Shown here: one piece after another, positions 30,600 to 39,223 of the stretch
Position numbering within the stretch: position 1 is the stretch's first letter
How the letters are laid out: each line of letters begins with the position of its first letter
Assembly (NCBI GenBank): GCA_030674475.1
Contig: JAUSCZ010000017.1
Coordinates: forward strand, 110,755 to 174,754
DNA length: 64,000 bases
Reading direction: 5' to 3'
From: Candidatus Omnitrophota bacterium
GTDB taxonomy: Bacteria; Omnitrophota; Gorgyraeia; Gygaellales; UBA12090
Notes under the pieces: generated by a model
The model's database searches: none
Told to the model about the DNA's origin: nothing
The model's input: only the letters and a program-made list of their open reading frames with translations
Program-made: the position numbers and the translations under genes

Positions 30600-31529
30600 T
30601 TAACCAGCGTATAATTCAATATCTAACAGATCTAATACGCTGGCGATAGGATTCAGGATGGTTATCTGCTCGGAGCCGGCGAAGAGGAGGCCTACGGCGC
30701 GCTGTTTCATATCCAAGACTAAAGAGCCGGAGTCGCCGCCTTGAGACATATTGGTGGCGATGATTTGGTTGCGGAACAAGGCGACCTGATTGTCGTAATT
30801 AACCTTTACGGTGGCGCTGATGTCTTTGATTTTACCGGTGGTGTAGCCGGTGGTGCGGCCGGATTTCTGAATCGGCATTCCCAATTTTGCTTTAGCAACG
30901 CCTTGGGGTGAGCCGATCAACATAATCTCGGGCTTCACATCGCCGGCATTCTTAGGCCTGGCCAGGGCGGCATCTATCAAGTTGACCTCTTTGCCGAATC
31001 CAATCTCAATCCAGTTTTCTAAATAGCCAATTATGTCTTTAGGCTTCTTGCCGCCATCGTAAGGGCCGGGCTGGAGGATGGGGTCGCCCTTTTTAGCCTT
31101 ATTGGAATTGGCCAGGACGTGGTTATTGCTTAAGATAAAAACTTTTCCGCTCTTTTTGTCTTTTACCAGACAACCCAGGGTTCCGGCGGTTATCTGGTAA
31201 TGGCCGAGGGATACTCCACCTGGGGCCGGACGGAAGCGTCCGGAATTACCTTGTGGTGAGCGCGGTCGAACCACCTGGGCAACGATTTTACCAACTTCTT
31301 CCACATCGGTTTCAATACGCGCGATTTCCTGAGGGATGAGTTCTTTCTTGGCTAACTTTTTCGCGCTGAGCTTTTTCTGCACATAAATCTTCAGGCATAA
31401 TCTGCCTTGAGAAAAGCCGCCTCTGATCTTTTCGCCGATGCCCACGCCAACCACATTGGATTTGGCTAATAATTCGTCTTCGCTTTGCCTTAAGGCATTA
31501 GCTACAACTTGGTTAGTAATTTTTTCCAC
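30600..31529 (-). CDS. Trypsin-like (S1, NAL1-like) serine protease with N-terminal prodomain, no signal peptide
   Basis: GTLG..LSNNHV, IDAA, QKSGRTTG, GDSGS catalytic motifs. Confidence 0.85.
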   Translation of the reverse strand: MEKITNQVVANALRQSEDELLAKSNVVGVGIGEKIRGGFSQGRLCLKIYVQKKLSAKKLAKKELIPQEIARIETDVEEVGKIVAQVVRPRSPQGNSGRFRPAPGGVSLGHYQITAGTLGCLVKDKKSGKVFILSNNHVLANSNKAKKGDPILQPGPYDGGKKPKDIIGYLENWIEIGFGKEVNLIDAALARPKNAGDVKPEIMLIGSPQGVAKAKLGMPIQKSGRTTGYTTGKIKDISATVKVNYDNQVALFRNQIIATNMSQGGDSGSLVLDMKQRAVGLLFAGSEQITILNPIASVLDLLDIELYAG

Positions 31530-31531
31530 TT

Positions 31532-31648
31532 GAAAATCTCCTCTTTAGTGCGATAAATCGCACCGCTACGCGACACGAATGATCCTATCTCTATTTTCAT
31601 GCTCATTAGTGCCCCGCCTCTGACGGGGCATGACTGTTTCATTTTATT
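31532..31648 (-). repeat. ~110-bp intergenic element with GTAG-type REP hairpin and terminal RBS
   Basis: AAATGAAACAGTCATGCCCCG...GTAGCGGTGCGATTTATCGCAC...GAGGAGATTTTC; related copies at 36463-36654 and a partial one at 34586-34623. Confidence 0.8.
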
Positions 31649-31728
31649 TTCTTTTAATGCGGGAATATTGCTTCGTCGCAAAAAACGCTCCTCGCAAAGA
31701 CACGAGATACCCTTGCTATGCTTGTTAT

Positions 31729-31992
31729 TCACAGAACTTTTGACACTACTTGGGCTTTTAATCTGCCTACTTCTTCCACGTCTGTTTCTATGCCGTTTAG
31801 CTTTTGAGGAATCAACTCATTTTTTTTCAATTTGCTTTTGGGTATCTTTTTCCGGACGTAAATTTTAATGCATTGTCTTTGGGTGGAAATACCTTTTATT
31901 ATTTTAGTGCCAATTCCCACTCCGACCACATTGGGGTTAAGAAGCAATTCTTCCTCATACTGCTCCTTAACCCTTTGAATATTCATTCTCAC
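31729..31992 (-). CDS. Stand-alone homologue of the adjacent protease prodomain
   Basis: NVVGVGIGTKI..CIKIYVRKK..ELIPQKLNGIETDVEEVG aligns with the first ~85 residues of 30600-31529. Confidence 0.75.
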   Translation of the reverse strand: MRMNIQRVKEQYEEELLLNPNVVGVGIGTKIIKGISTQRQCIKIYVRKKIPKSKLKKNELIPQKLNGIETDVEEVGRLKAQVVSKVL

Positions 31993-32034
31993 TTAAAGAT
32001 AAATTCCATCCTGGATAACTCAAAACCTTATTCA

Positions 32035-32256
32035 TCAAAGAAGCATCTTTTTATCTATCATTTTACGAAAAGGACGGCGGATATGGCCGATAAAATCATT
32101 ATAATCGTTTAAAAAATCAATAAATTTATCCAAATCAACAACGCCGTGGACTAAAAAAGGATTGTGGCGATTACCGGCCATTATTCTAAAATCCTCCCGT
32201 ATCCGCTCAGAATGAGCCATTTCCAGCAACTCTCTCTTATCTTGGTCGCTAAGCAT
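32035..32256 (-). CDS. Small hypothetical protein, partner of the upstream nucleotidyltransferase
   Basis: MLSDQDKRELL.. start overlaps the NTase stop; TA-like coupling. Confidence 0.6.
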   Translation of the reverse strand: MLSDQDKRELLEMAHSERIREDFRIMAGNRHNPFLVHGVVDLDKFIDFLNDYNDFIGHIRRPFRKMIDKKMLL

Positions 32257-32788
32257 AGTATTTATTCTTATATTCCTGATATTTATGTCCCAAATCAAAC
32301 AAGGTAAAATACTCCTCAAGCAACGGCCAGTCTAAATTCTTCTTATAAAGCCCAAGCAAAGATTCTATGTCAAAATATTCCTGGGAAGTCCTGGTTTCGT
32401 CATTGGCTAAGGCCTGTATTTTTAATCCGATTACATCTTCCGGCCTTAACACTTTTACTGTCCGGGAAAATATCTCTTTGTCTTGAGCCCTCTCCAACAT
32501 CTTATAAGAGATATTCCTATGCGCCAAAATAAAGTCTATTTCACCAAAAATCTTTGCCTGGCAAACGTATTGGGCTACCTCATCGCTTTTATATACACAC
32601 TGGTAACCGTGTATCCGCATAATCTTATCCACCTTTTCCAAATCGCCGCGGTGGATAATAAAATCCAAGTCAATGGTTGCCCGGTGAACTCCTAATGCCC
32701 CCAAAGCGAATCCGCCTATCAACGCCCAGCGGATATTTTCTCTGGAGAAATCCTCTTCTATCAATCTTAAGACTGCCCGAAAATCCAT
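32249..32788 (-). CDS. Nucleotidyltransferase (AbiEii-like / DUF6036 type)
   Basis: LIGGFALGALGVHRATIDLDF and PEDVIGLK motifs. Confidence 0.8.
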   Translation of the reverse strand: MDFRAVLRLIEEDFSRENIRWALIGGFALGALGVHRATIDLDFIIHRGDLEKVDKIMRIHGYQCVYKSDEVAQYVCQAKIFGEIDFILAHRNISYKMLERAQDKEIFSRTVKVLRPEDVIGLKIQALANDETRTSQEYFDIESLLGLYKKNLDWPLLEEYFTLFDLGHKYQEYKNKYYA

Positions 32789-33048
32789 TATGCGGTTCGT
32801 CTGTATTTGTAATACAAAAAGAGCGCGCTTAAAAGCGTGAGCAAGGTAACGGCATTAGCCAAAATAATGATATAATCTTTCAAATATATCCCGTATATCA
32901 TCCAAAGGCTCACCCCCAGGGAAAGCTGAATTAAGGTTACCAGGCTTATATCTTTAGCCGACTTGGTGGTATGCATCTTTACGACCTGGGGTATAAAGGC
33001 GAAGCTGGTCAGGCCAGCGGCTATCACGCCAATCAGTTTCCAGAACAT
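32788..33048 (-). CDS. SemiSWEET / PQ-loop sugar transporter
   Basis: IGVIAAGLTSFAFIPQV..KSAKDIS..LWMIYG..IILAN, 3 TM helices. Confidence 0.88.
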   Translation of the reverse strand: MFWKLIGVIAAGLTSFAFIPQVVKMHTTKSAKDISLVTLIQLSLGVSLWMIYGIYLKDYIIILANAVTLLTLLSALFLYYKYRRTA

Positions 33049-33060
33049 TTTGTAAACCTC

Positions 33061-33105
33061 ATTCACCCCCGAGGAGCAGTAAAAACTGCACCTCGGGGGT
33101 GTTTA
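33061..33105. repeat. 45-bp palindromic direct repeat, right copy
   Basis: ATTCACCCCCGAGGAGCAGTAAAAACTGCACCTCGGGGGTGTTTA; supplies the last codons and stop of the radical SAM gene. Confidence 0.9.
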
Positions 33106-34583
33106 GATCTATGCCTAAAGTCAAAGATATGACCGAAAACCCTGGGAATGGCACGTAGGAAATAGTTCGCGTCAGCTAAGCTAGATATTGACCTTAAGCG
33201 GTTATAGATAAATTCCGGATTAAAGGCGATTCCGTAGAGTGAGCGCACTAAGCGCATAATTTTCTCATCTCCTATCGGATTAGTCATTACCGGCTGTTTC
33301 ATATCATATTCCTGCCAGTCTAAGGTTTTCAACCAGCCATTGGTCTTACATTCTTCAAATAAGGGCGAGCCCGGATAAGGAATCACCACTGTGGACTGCA
33401 CGGTGTAGGCATAGCCTTTTCTCAATAGATACTTTCCTAATTTTAAGGTATTTAGAGCCTCCGGATAGGTCTCCCAAGGATAGCCGAACATAATGGTAAT
33501 ATGGGGATAAAGCCCGCATTTACGCGCCGTCTTACAGGATTCAATTATATTCTCTACCTGGACATTCTTGTTTATCCTATTCAGGGTATTTTGATTGGCT
33601 GATTCTATGCCGAACAATAAAAGGCGAAAACCCGCCCTTTTCATCAGGCGATATTCATCCGCGGATAAAGCCCCGAAGCGCATATTACAGTCCAGATTTA
33701 CCTTACGGCTATAGCCCCGCTCGATCATCCCCTCACAAAAATCCCTTAACCACTCGCCGGCCGGAAAGGTGCCGGAGTCATCCATAATTTCTTTTACCGC
33801 GCATTTATCTATCAATTCTCCAATTTCATCCAGGACATTGTTTACCGAACGGCTGCGGAATTTATTATACAAGGTCGGCCAAGAACAAAAACTGCATTTT
33901 CCCCACCAACAGTCCCGGCCAGACATAATGTAGGTACCGGGAACGCGCTTGTAATTACCATTCTCATAGGCATAATTCTGCCATTTGGTCAGGTCCCGGT
34001 CAATAAAAGGGACGTTGTCTAAGTCGTGGTTTAGCTGGAACTTGCCGGTGTTTCTAACCTGTCCATCTCCGCGATAATAGATTCCAGGCTCTAATTTGGT
34101 TGATAGTTGATAGTTGATAGTTGATATCTTAGATTCGTTTAAAATATTACATAGATTTAATAATAAGAAGTCATAATCCCCTCCGGTAAGCACATAGTCA
34201 ACCTGGCTGTTCTGAAAAGACTCTTCTGATAAGGCAGTGACATGGTCACCAAACAGAACACACTTGAGATTTGAGATTTGAGATTTGAGACTGTTAATTA
34301 TCTGCCAATGCTCTTGGACTACCGGGGTTTTGGTTTCAAAGGCTACTACATCGGGCTTTTCTTTAGCGATAAATTGATAAAATTGTTCCTTAGTCCATCC
34401 TTCAGCAATGCAGTCCTTCCAAATCACCTCATAACCGGCTTGTTTTAAAAGGGTTGCCGCGCTGGCCGGGACTACCGGATAAATATAGGTGGGTTTCTTA
34501 AAATACTGAAACTGGCGGTTTTGGGATAATAAAGGAATGCCTTTGGATGTACCTAACGGCGGATATCCGATAAAAATCTTCAT
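33063..34583 (-). CDS. Cobalamin-binding radical SAM enzyme (CX4CX2C variant)
   Basis: FGDHVTA, GRDCWWGKCSFC, FGIESAN, IPYPGS. Confidence 0.82.
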   Translation of the reverse strand: MKIFIGYPPLGTSKGIPLLSQNRQFQYFKKPTYIYPVVPASAATLLKQAGYEVIWKDCIAEGWTKEQFYQFIAKEKPDVVAFETKTPVVQEHWQIINSLKSQISNLKCVLFGDHVTALSEESFQNSQVDYVLTGGDYDFLLLNLCNILNESKISTINYQLSTKLEPGIYYRGDGQVRNTGKFQLNHDLDNVPFIDRDLTKWQNYAYENGNYKRVPGTYIMSGRDCWWGKCSFCSWPTLYNKFRSRSVNNVLDEIGELIDKCAVKEIMDDSGTFPAGEWLRDFCEGMIERGYSRKVNLDCNMRFGALSADEYRLMKRAGFRLLLFGIESANQNTLNRINKNVQVENIIESCKTARKCGLYPHITIMFGYPWETYPEALNTLKLGKYLLRKGYAYTVQSTVVIPYPGSPLFEECKTNGWLKTLDWQEYDMKQPVMTNPIGDEKIMRLVRSLYGIAFNPEFIYNRLRSISSLADANYFLRAIPRVFGHIFDFRHRSKHPRGAVFTAPRG

Positions 34584-34585
34584 AT

Positions 34586-34623
34586 AGAAATATCCTCGTA
34601 AGTGCGATAAATCGCACCGCTAC
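34586..34623 (-). repeat. GTAG REP hairpin with RBS tail
   Basis: GTAGCGGTGCGATTTATCGCAC followed by GAGGATATTTC just before the ATG at 34583. Confidence 0.75.
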
Positions 34624-34664
34624 TTTGTCTGGTGCCCTGGCAAGCCCTATTCACTGACACATTA

Positions 34665-35735
34665 TCATTCTTCCTTTAATCTCCAAGAAGACAGGCCTTT
34701 TATGAAATAAATTCCGTAAACTAAATGACTAAATATTATACCCCAAAAGACCAGGAAAATCAAACGGAAGTCTTCTTTTATAGTAGGCGCCCAACTATCA
34801 AAAGAAACTCGCGCTACTCCCCCTCCCCTGGCCCCTCCCACAAGGGGAGGGGAAATTTGGAAAGAGGGTTTGCTCCGGATAACTAAAGGATTACCTTTTA
34901 TAGTAAAAACAAGTACGCTAATAAGATAAAAAGATAGTAATAAAAAATAGGGATAGGTTAAGGTGGGATTTAATAAAGAAACAACTCTGCCGAAAAATAA
35001 TCCTAAAACAAAAAAAGACGGCAGAAAATAAGTAAACTTAAATGAAGTCTCTGGGAATCTTTTTACGAAATATCCCCGATGCAAGGCGTAATTGGCAATC
35101 TGTTTTAGGTGCCCTTTAAACAGGCTGCGGCGATGATGATAGACTAAAACCCGCGGATCGTAGATGATTTTCTTTTTTAAATCCCGGACGATTTTCAGGC
35201 ATAAGAAGGTGTCTTCGCCGGGCCAGAACTTAGTATTAAAACCTCCTAACGCGAGCATTATTGATTTGCGAACCAAGAAATTGCAAGACGGATAATCATC
35301 CACAAATCTTTGCGGGCGGGGTAAGCAGCGGTAAACATACTGGCCGCTCATTAGATATGAGCTGTATACCCGGCCGCTGGCCTTCTGCATCAGGGAATCT
35401 GTTTCCGGGGTGACTGCCGGCCCGCCTACCGCTGCGATTTCAGGATTGGTAAAATGCTTTAGCGCTAAAGATAACCAGTCTTCAGCCGGATAGGCATCGT
35501 CATCGAGAAAGGCTATTATCTCACCCCTGGCCTGGGATAAAGCCAGATCTCTCTTTATGGGTGGAGTTACCACGCCGGTAGGGATAACTCTGGTTTTGGG
35601 ATAATTTAGGATTAATTCATTATCCGGCAAAACCAAAATCTCAAAATCGGGATAATCTAACCTAAGGCAGTTTTCAATGCACTCCCTAAGATTGGGATTA
35701 TCCCCTTTTACGGCGACGATAATCGAAACGGTCAT
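34665..35735 (-). CDS. GT2 glycosyltransferase with C-terminal TM segments and a 40-aa in-frame insertion
   Basis: FLDDD, GGF..GED, VYHHRR; insertion bounded by CTTTTATAGTA repeats. Confidence 0.85.
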   Translation of the reverse strand: MTVSIIVAVKGDNPNLRECIENCLRLDYPDFEILVLPDNELILNYPKTRVIPTGVVTPPIKRDLALSQARGEIIAFLDDDAYPAEDWLSLALKHFTNPEIAAVGGPAVTPETDSLMQKASGRVYSSYLMSGQYVYRCLPRPQRFVDDYPSCNFLVRKSIMLALGGFNTKFWPGEDTFLCLKIVRDLKKKIIYDPRVLVYHHRRSLFKGHLKQIANYALHRGYFVKRFPETSFKFTYFLPSFFVLGLFFGRVVSLLNPTLTYPYFLLLSFYLISVLVFTIKGNPLVIRSKPSFQISPPLVGGARGGGVARVSFDSWAPTIKEDFRLIFLVFWGIIFSHLVYGIYFIKGLSSWRLKEE

Positions 35736-36459
35736 AGTATCTTAAGATATAAGCCCTATACCAAACAGCCATAGTGTCCCGCCAGGTAATCCAGATAGAA
35801 TTCATACCTATCCTGCCATAGCGCTGAGTATCCAGCACAATCGGGGCCTCGGCAATCCGATAACCCAACTGGTGCACATTGACCAAAATCTCCAGGTCAT
35901 AACCAAAGGCCTTAACCAGAATCCGGGGAAAAACTCTTTGCAATACCTCATACTTAAATAATTTCAAGCCGGTCTGGGTGTCCCTTATGGGCAGGCCGAA
36001 GAATATCTTAATTAGAAAAAAATAGACGCCGCTGATAATTCTGCGGTCTAAGGGATAATCCAGCCGGGAATTGGGATGGCGCTTGGAACCGATTACCACA
36101 TCGGCATCATCCAAACGCATAATGTCAAAAAAAGTCTGCAGCTGCGCCGGATGCAATTCCATATCCGCGTCTAAAAATACCACATAATCCCCTGAGCACT
36201 GCCGAAAACCAACCTTGAGCGCCCGGCCCTTGCCCCGGTTAGTTTTGAGCTGTTTGACAATTATGTTCGAATGTTGCCTTGAAACCTTTAAGGCATTTTG
36301 AAAGGTATCATCACTGCTTCCGTCATCAACTACGATTAACTCATATTTACAGCCGAAATCATTAAAAACCCGGATGGTCTCATTAAGGCTTTCCGCGATA
36401 ACGCCGGCCTCGTTATAGGCCGGAATAATTACCGAAATCTTTCCTTTAATGTTTTTCAT
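35698..36459 (-). CDS. GT2 glycosyltransferase (Dol-P-Glc/Man synthase-like)
   Basis: IPAYNE, VDDGS.D.T, NRGKG, FLDAD, DTQTGLK. Confidence 0.88.
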   Translation of the reverse strand: MKNIKGKISVIIPAYNEAGVIAESLNETIRVFNDFGCKYELIVVDDGSSDDTFQNALKVSRQHSNIIVKQLKTNRGKGRALKVGFRQCSGDYVVFLDADMELHPAQLQTFFDIMRLDDADVVIGSKRHPNSRLDYPLDRRIISGVYFFLIKIFFGLPIRDTQTGLKLFKYEVLQRVFPRILVKAFGYDLEILVNVHQLGYRIAEAPIVLDTQRYGRIGMNSIWITWRDTMAVWYRAYILRYYDRFDYRRRKRG

Positions 36460-36462
36460 CCG

Positions 36463-36654
36463 AAAATCACCTTACAGGTGCGATAAATCGCACCGCTACA
36501 CGACACGGACGATTCAAACTCTATTTTCATACTCATTGGTACCGCGCCTTTGGCGGGGCATGACTGTTTCATTTGAAAATCCCCTTACCGGTGCGATAAA
36601 TCGCACCGCTACGCGGCTACCACGCCTTTGTCTGGGCATGACTGTTTCATTTTA
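36463..36654 (-). repeat. Tandem pair (one internally deleted) of the ~110-bp REP/RBS element
   Basis: GTGCGATAAATCGCACCGCTAC at 36478 and 36591; GGGCATGACTGTTTCATTT occurs twice. Confidence 0.85.
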
Positions 36655-37878
36655 GGCTTTTTGATATAATGCCGACCTTAGGTTTAAGCCAAACATCACA
36701 ACCGAGCCTGCCAGCATAATTCCTAAGACCCAAATGGTTGTGGTATGAAAAAGGCAAATCGCGATAATCTGCGCGAGCGCGATTATTACTAATGGCCGGA
36801 TAAAATTATACCTCTCAACCGATAACTGATACACAAATAAAACATTGCTTAAGGCGTAAAAAAGCATCGCCAAGCTAAAGAACCTCCCCAGGAGCACTAT
36901 TTCTTTAGTGGCCTGTCCGGTGAGCAGGCCGAATATTACTTCAGGAAATAAATTATATATGACCACCGCGGAAAAACTTAAGACAAAGGTATAAAACAAG
37001 CTACGTTTTAAGATTTCCTGGGAGCTGGTTTTGAGCGCGTGCAGGCCGGATACCCGCGAAAACATTACCGCGTAGATTACCCCGGGCAAAAAAAGTATAA
37101 TTTTTCCGATCATCTGGGCAATCGAATAATCCTGAACTTCAGTTAAAAAGAAATGTTTCACCAAAACCAAATCAATATTGGTAACCAGGGTGAAACATAA
37201 AGAAACCATCAAAACCGGAAAAATATACGCGTAGAGCTGTTTGGTTTCTATCTTCTCTTTTGACCTGCCCTTGATTAAGAATCTTAGCGGCCACAGGCAC
37301 AATACTATGCCTATTGCCGTGGAAAGAAGAAAACCGGTTAAGCCGGCCAAGAGCGTATCGCTTATACTTTTTATCAGGGCAACTGAAAAGAGCAGTTTTG
37401 AAAAACCGGCCACAACCCCGATTATAGCCAGCCATTTGAATTTTTCTAAGCCCTGCAAGCCCCCGGTTACTACCGAAGATAGGCAGACAAGAAAGAAGAT
37501 CAGACTTAAAATAGTAATACTTCCCAGGGAATCCAGATGTAAAAATGAAGCGATATTCCTCCTCAAAAGAACAATCAAAATAAATACAACCAGACTAAAA
37601 CAAAACGTATCCGCGGCTATTTTTCGCCAAACCGCCTTTAGGTGTTCCAGCTTTTTTCGGGCATTATAAGCGGAAACGTGCTTGGTAACCATAGTAGTAA
37701 AAGCCGCCGCGGGAACCGCGATAATAGCTAATAATGCTATCAGAGAATTTAAAGAGGCGAACTTATCTTTAGGCATCAGTCTAAGCATAGTCAATTGATA
37801 AAGCAGGTTAAAAAAGGAAGAAATGCTGGAGGCGGCAAACATAATGATGGTATTTTTGGCAAAGCTGTCTAAGCGCAT
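36652..37878 (-). CDS. wzx: Wzx-type oligosaccharide flippase (MOP superfamily)
   Basis: ~12 TM helices, FNLLYQL, GLQGLEKF, NIDLVLVKHF; first gene of the glycan locus. Confidence 0.8.
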   Translation of the reverse strand: MRLDSFAKNTIIMFAASSISSFFNLLYQLTMLRLMPKDKFASLNSLIALLAIIAVPAAAFTTMVTKHVSAYNARKKLEHLKAVWRKIAADTFCFSLVVFILIVLLRRNIASFLHLDSLGSITILSLIFFLVCLSSVVTGGLQGLEKFKWLAIIGVVAGFSKLLFSVALIKSISDTLLAGLTGFLLSTAIGIVLCLWPLRFLIKGRSKEKIETKQLYAYIFPVLMVSLCFTLVTNIDLVLVKHFFLTEVQDYSIAQMIGKIILFLPGVIYAVMFSRVSGLHALKTSSQEILKRSLFYTFVLSFSAVVIYNLFPEVIFGLLTGQATKEIVLLGRFFSLAMLFYALSNVLFVYQLSVERYNFIRPLVIIALAQIIAICLFHTTTIWVLGIMLAGSVVMFGLNLRSALYQKA

Positions 37879-37979
37879 ATTTTTATATTAAGAATTAAGG
37901 AAGGAGAAAACGGGTATGTTGTATACCTTTGCGTAATTTAAGTGTCCTTCACATTGTGCCGCGATACACTTTTTTTACA

Positions 37980-38039
37980 GATAGGCGGGACTTTCCTGTC
38001 CCGCATCGTCGAGGCGGGGTTAGAAAACCCCGCCTATCC
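37980..38039. repeat. REP-like hairpin doublet (GATAG...CTATC), empty allele
   Basis: GATAGGCGGGACTTTCCTGTCCCGC..GGCGGGGTTAGAAAACCCCGCCTATCC; related to 54665-54744. Confidence 0.75.
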
Positions 38040-38052
38040 TAAAGGATATATA

Positions 38053-39222
38053 TTAATCCTGAACGACCTTCAGGAAGCGTCTGCTTCCGGCCTTGATAAT
38101 CCCGGAGACGGAAACCAGAAAGTTTTCGTCGGTTATTTTTTGCTCATTAAGGCTTACCGCGCCCTGCTGGATAAGCCGGCGGGCTTCGTTTCGGGATTTG
38201 ACTAAATTACTTAGGTGTAAAAGCTCAAGGATTTTAATCGGCTGATTTATTTTGTATTCAGGAATATCCGAAGGTGCTTCTCTGCTTTTAAAAACCTTAG
38301 AGAATTCATCTTTCGCCTTTAAGGCCTCGGATGGGCCGTGGTATTGGCTGACCAATAAAGAGGCTAATCTTTCCTTGGCCTCTTTAGGGTGCGCGGCCCT
38401 CACTTGCCCCAAGTCTTCATCAGTAAGCAGTTCATAATACCTATACATCAACTCATCGCTTATGGACATCACCTTGCCGAAGATTTGACTTGGGCCTTCG
38501 CTTATCCCGATATAATTGCCTAAGGACTTACTCATCTTATTGACTCCGTCGGTGCCTTCCAATAAAGGAAGCATTATCACCACCTGCTCCGGCTGGCCAA
38601 AGTCGCGTTGAAGCTCCCTTCCTAAAAGCAGATTAAACTTTTGGTCTGTCCCGCCCAGTTCCACATCCGCTCTTAAATGCACCGAATCATAGGCCTGCAG
38701 AAGAGGATAAATAAACTCACTGGTTCGGATATCTATGTTTTGCTTAATGCGTTTTTTAAAATCCGCCCGGGCTAAGATCTGGGAGGCTGTTGAATGTTTA
38801 AGTAATTCAAACACATCATAAATAGACATCTTGGAAAACCAATCATTATTGAAGACTACTTCGGTTTTAGCGGGGTCCAGGATTTTATACACCTGGGATT
38901 TGTAGGTTGAGGCGTTTTTTTTGATCTCCTCATCGGACATCGGGGGGCGGGACTTATTTTGACCGGTAGGATCCCCTATCCGGGCGGTAAAATCGCCGAT
39001 AAGGAATATGACGGTGTGGCCTAAATCCTGGAATTGACGCAGTTTTCTTAAGAGGACAGTGTGGCCTAAGTGCAGGTCGGGGGCGGTAGGATCAAAGCCG
39101 GCCTTTATTTTCAAAGGCCGGCTTTCTTTAACGCTTACTTCAAGCTTATGTTTTAGCTCTTCTATACTGATTATCTCGGAGGTGCCGCGTTTTATTCCAG
39201 CCAACTGGCCCAAGACATCCAT
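38053..39222 (-). CDS. tyrS: Tyrosyl-tRNA synthetase
   Basis: [19 protein letters not shown]-terminal S4 domain. Confidence 0.97.
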   Translation of the reverse strand: MDVLGQLAGIKRGTSEIISIEELKHKLEVSVKESRPLKIKAGFDPTAPDLHLGHTVLLRKLRQFQDLGHTVIFLIGDFTARIGDPTGQNKSRPPMSDEEIKKNASTYKSQVYKILDPAKTEVVFNNDWFSKMSIYDVFELLKHSTASQILARADFKKRIKQNIDIRTSEFIYPLLQAYDSVHLRADVELGGTDQKFNLLLGRELQRDFGQPEQVVIMLPLLEGTDGVNKMSKSLGNYIGISEGPSQIFGKVMSISDELMYRYYELLTDEDLGQVRAAHPKEAKERLASLLVSQYHGPSEALKAKDEFSKVFKSREAPSDIPEYKINQPIKILELLHLSNLVKSRNEARRLIQQGAVSLNEQKITDENFLVSVSGIIKAGSRRFLKVVQD

Positions 39223-39223
39223 T

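Noticed and set aside
31548-36612. Repeated GTGCGATAAATCGCACCGCTAC as a CRISPR repeat
   Set aside because: Copies are dispersed, not regularly spaced with unique spacers, and no cas genes are present; the GTAG-plus-hairpin form fits REP.
5223-37878. RiPP or antibiotic cluster explanation for the radical SAM genes
   Set aside because: No precursor peptide, peptidase-transporter, NRPS or PKS seen; neighbours are glycan assembly genes.
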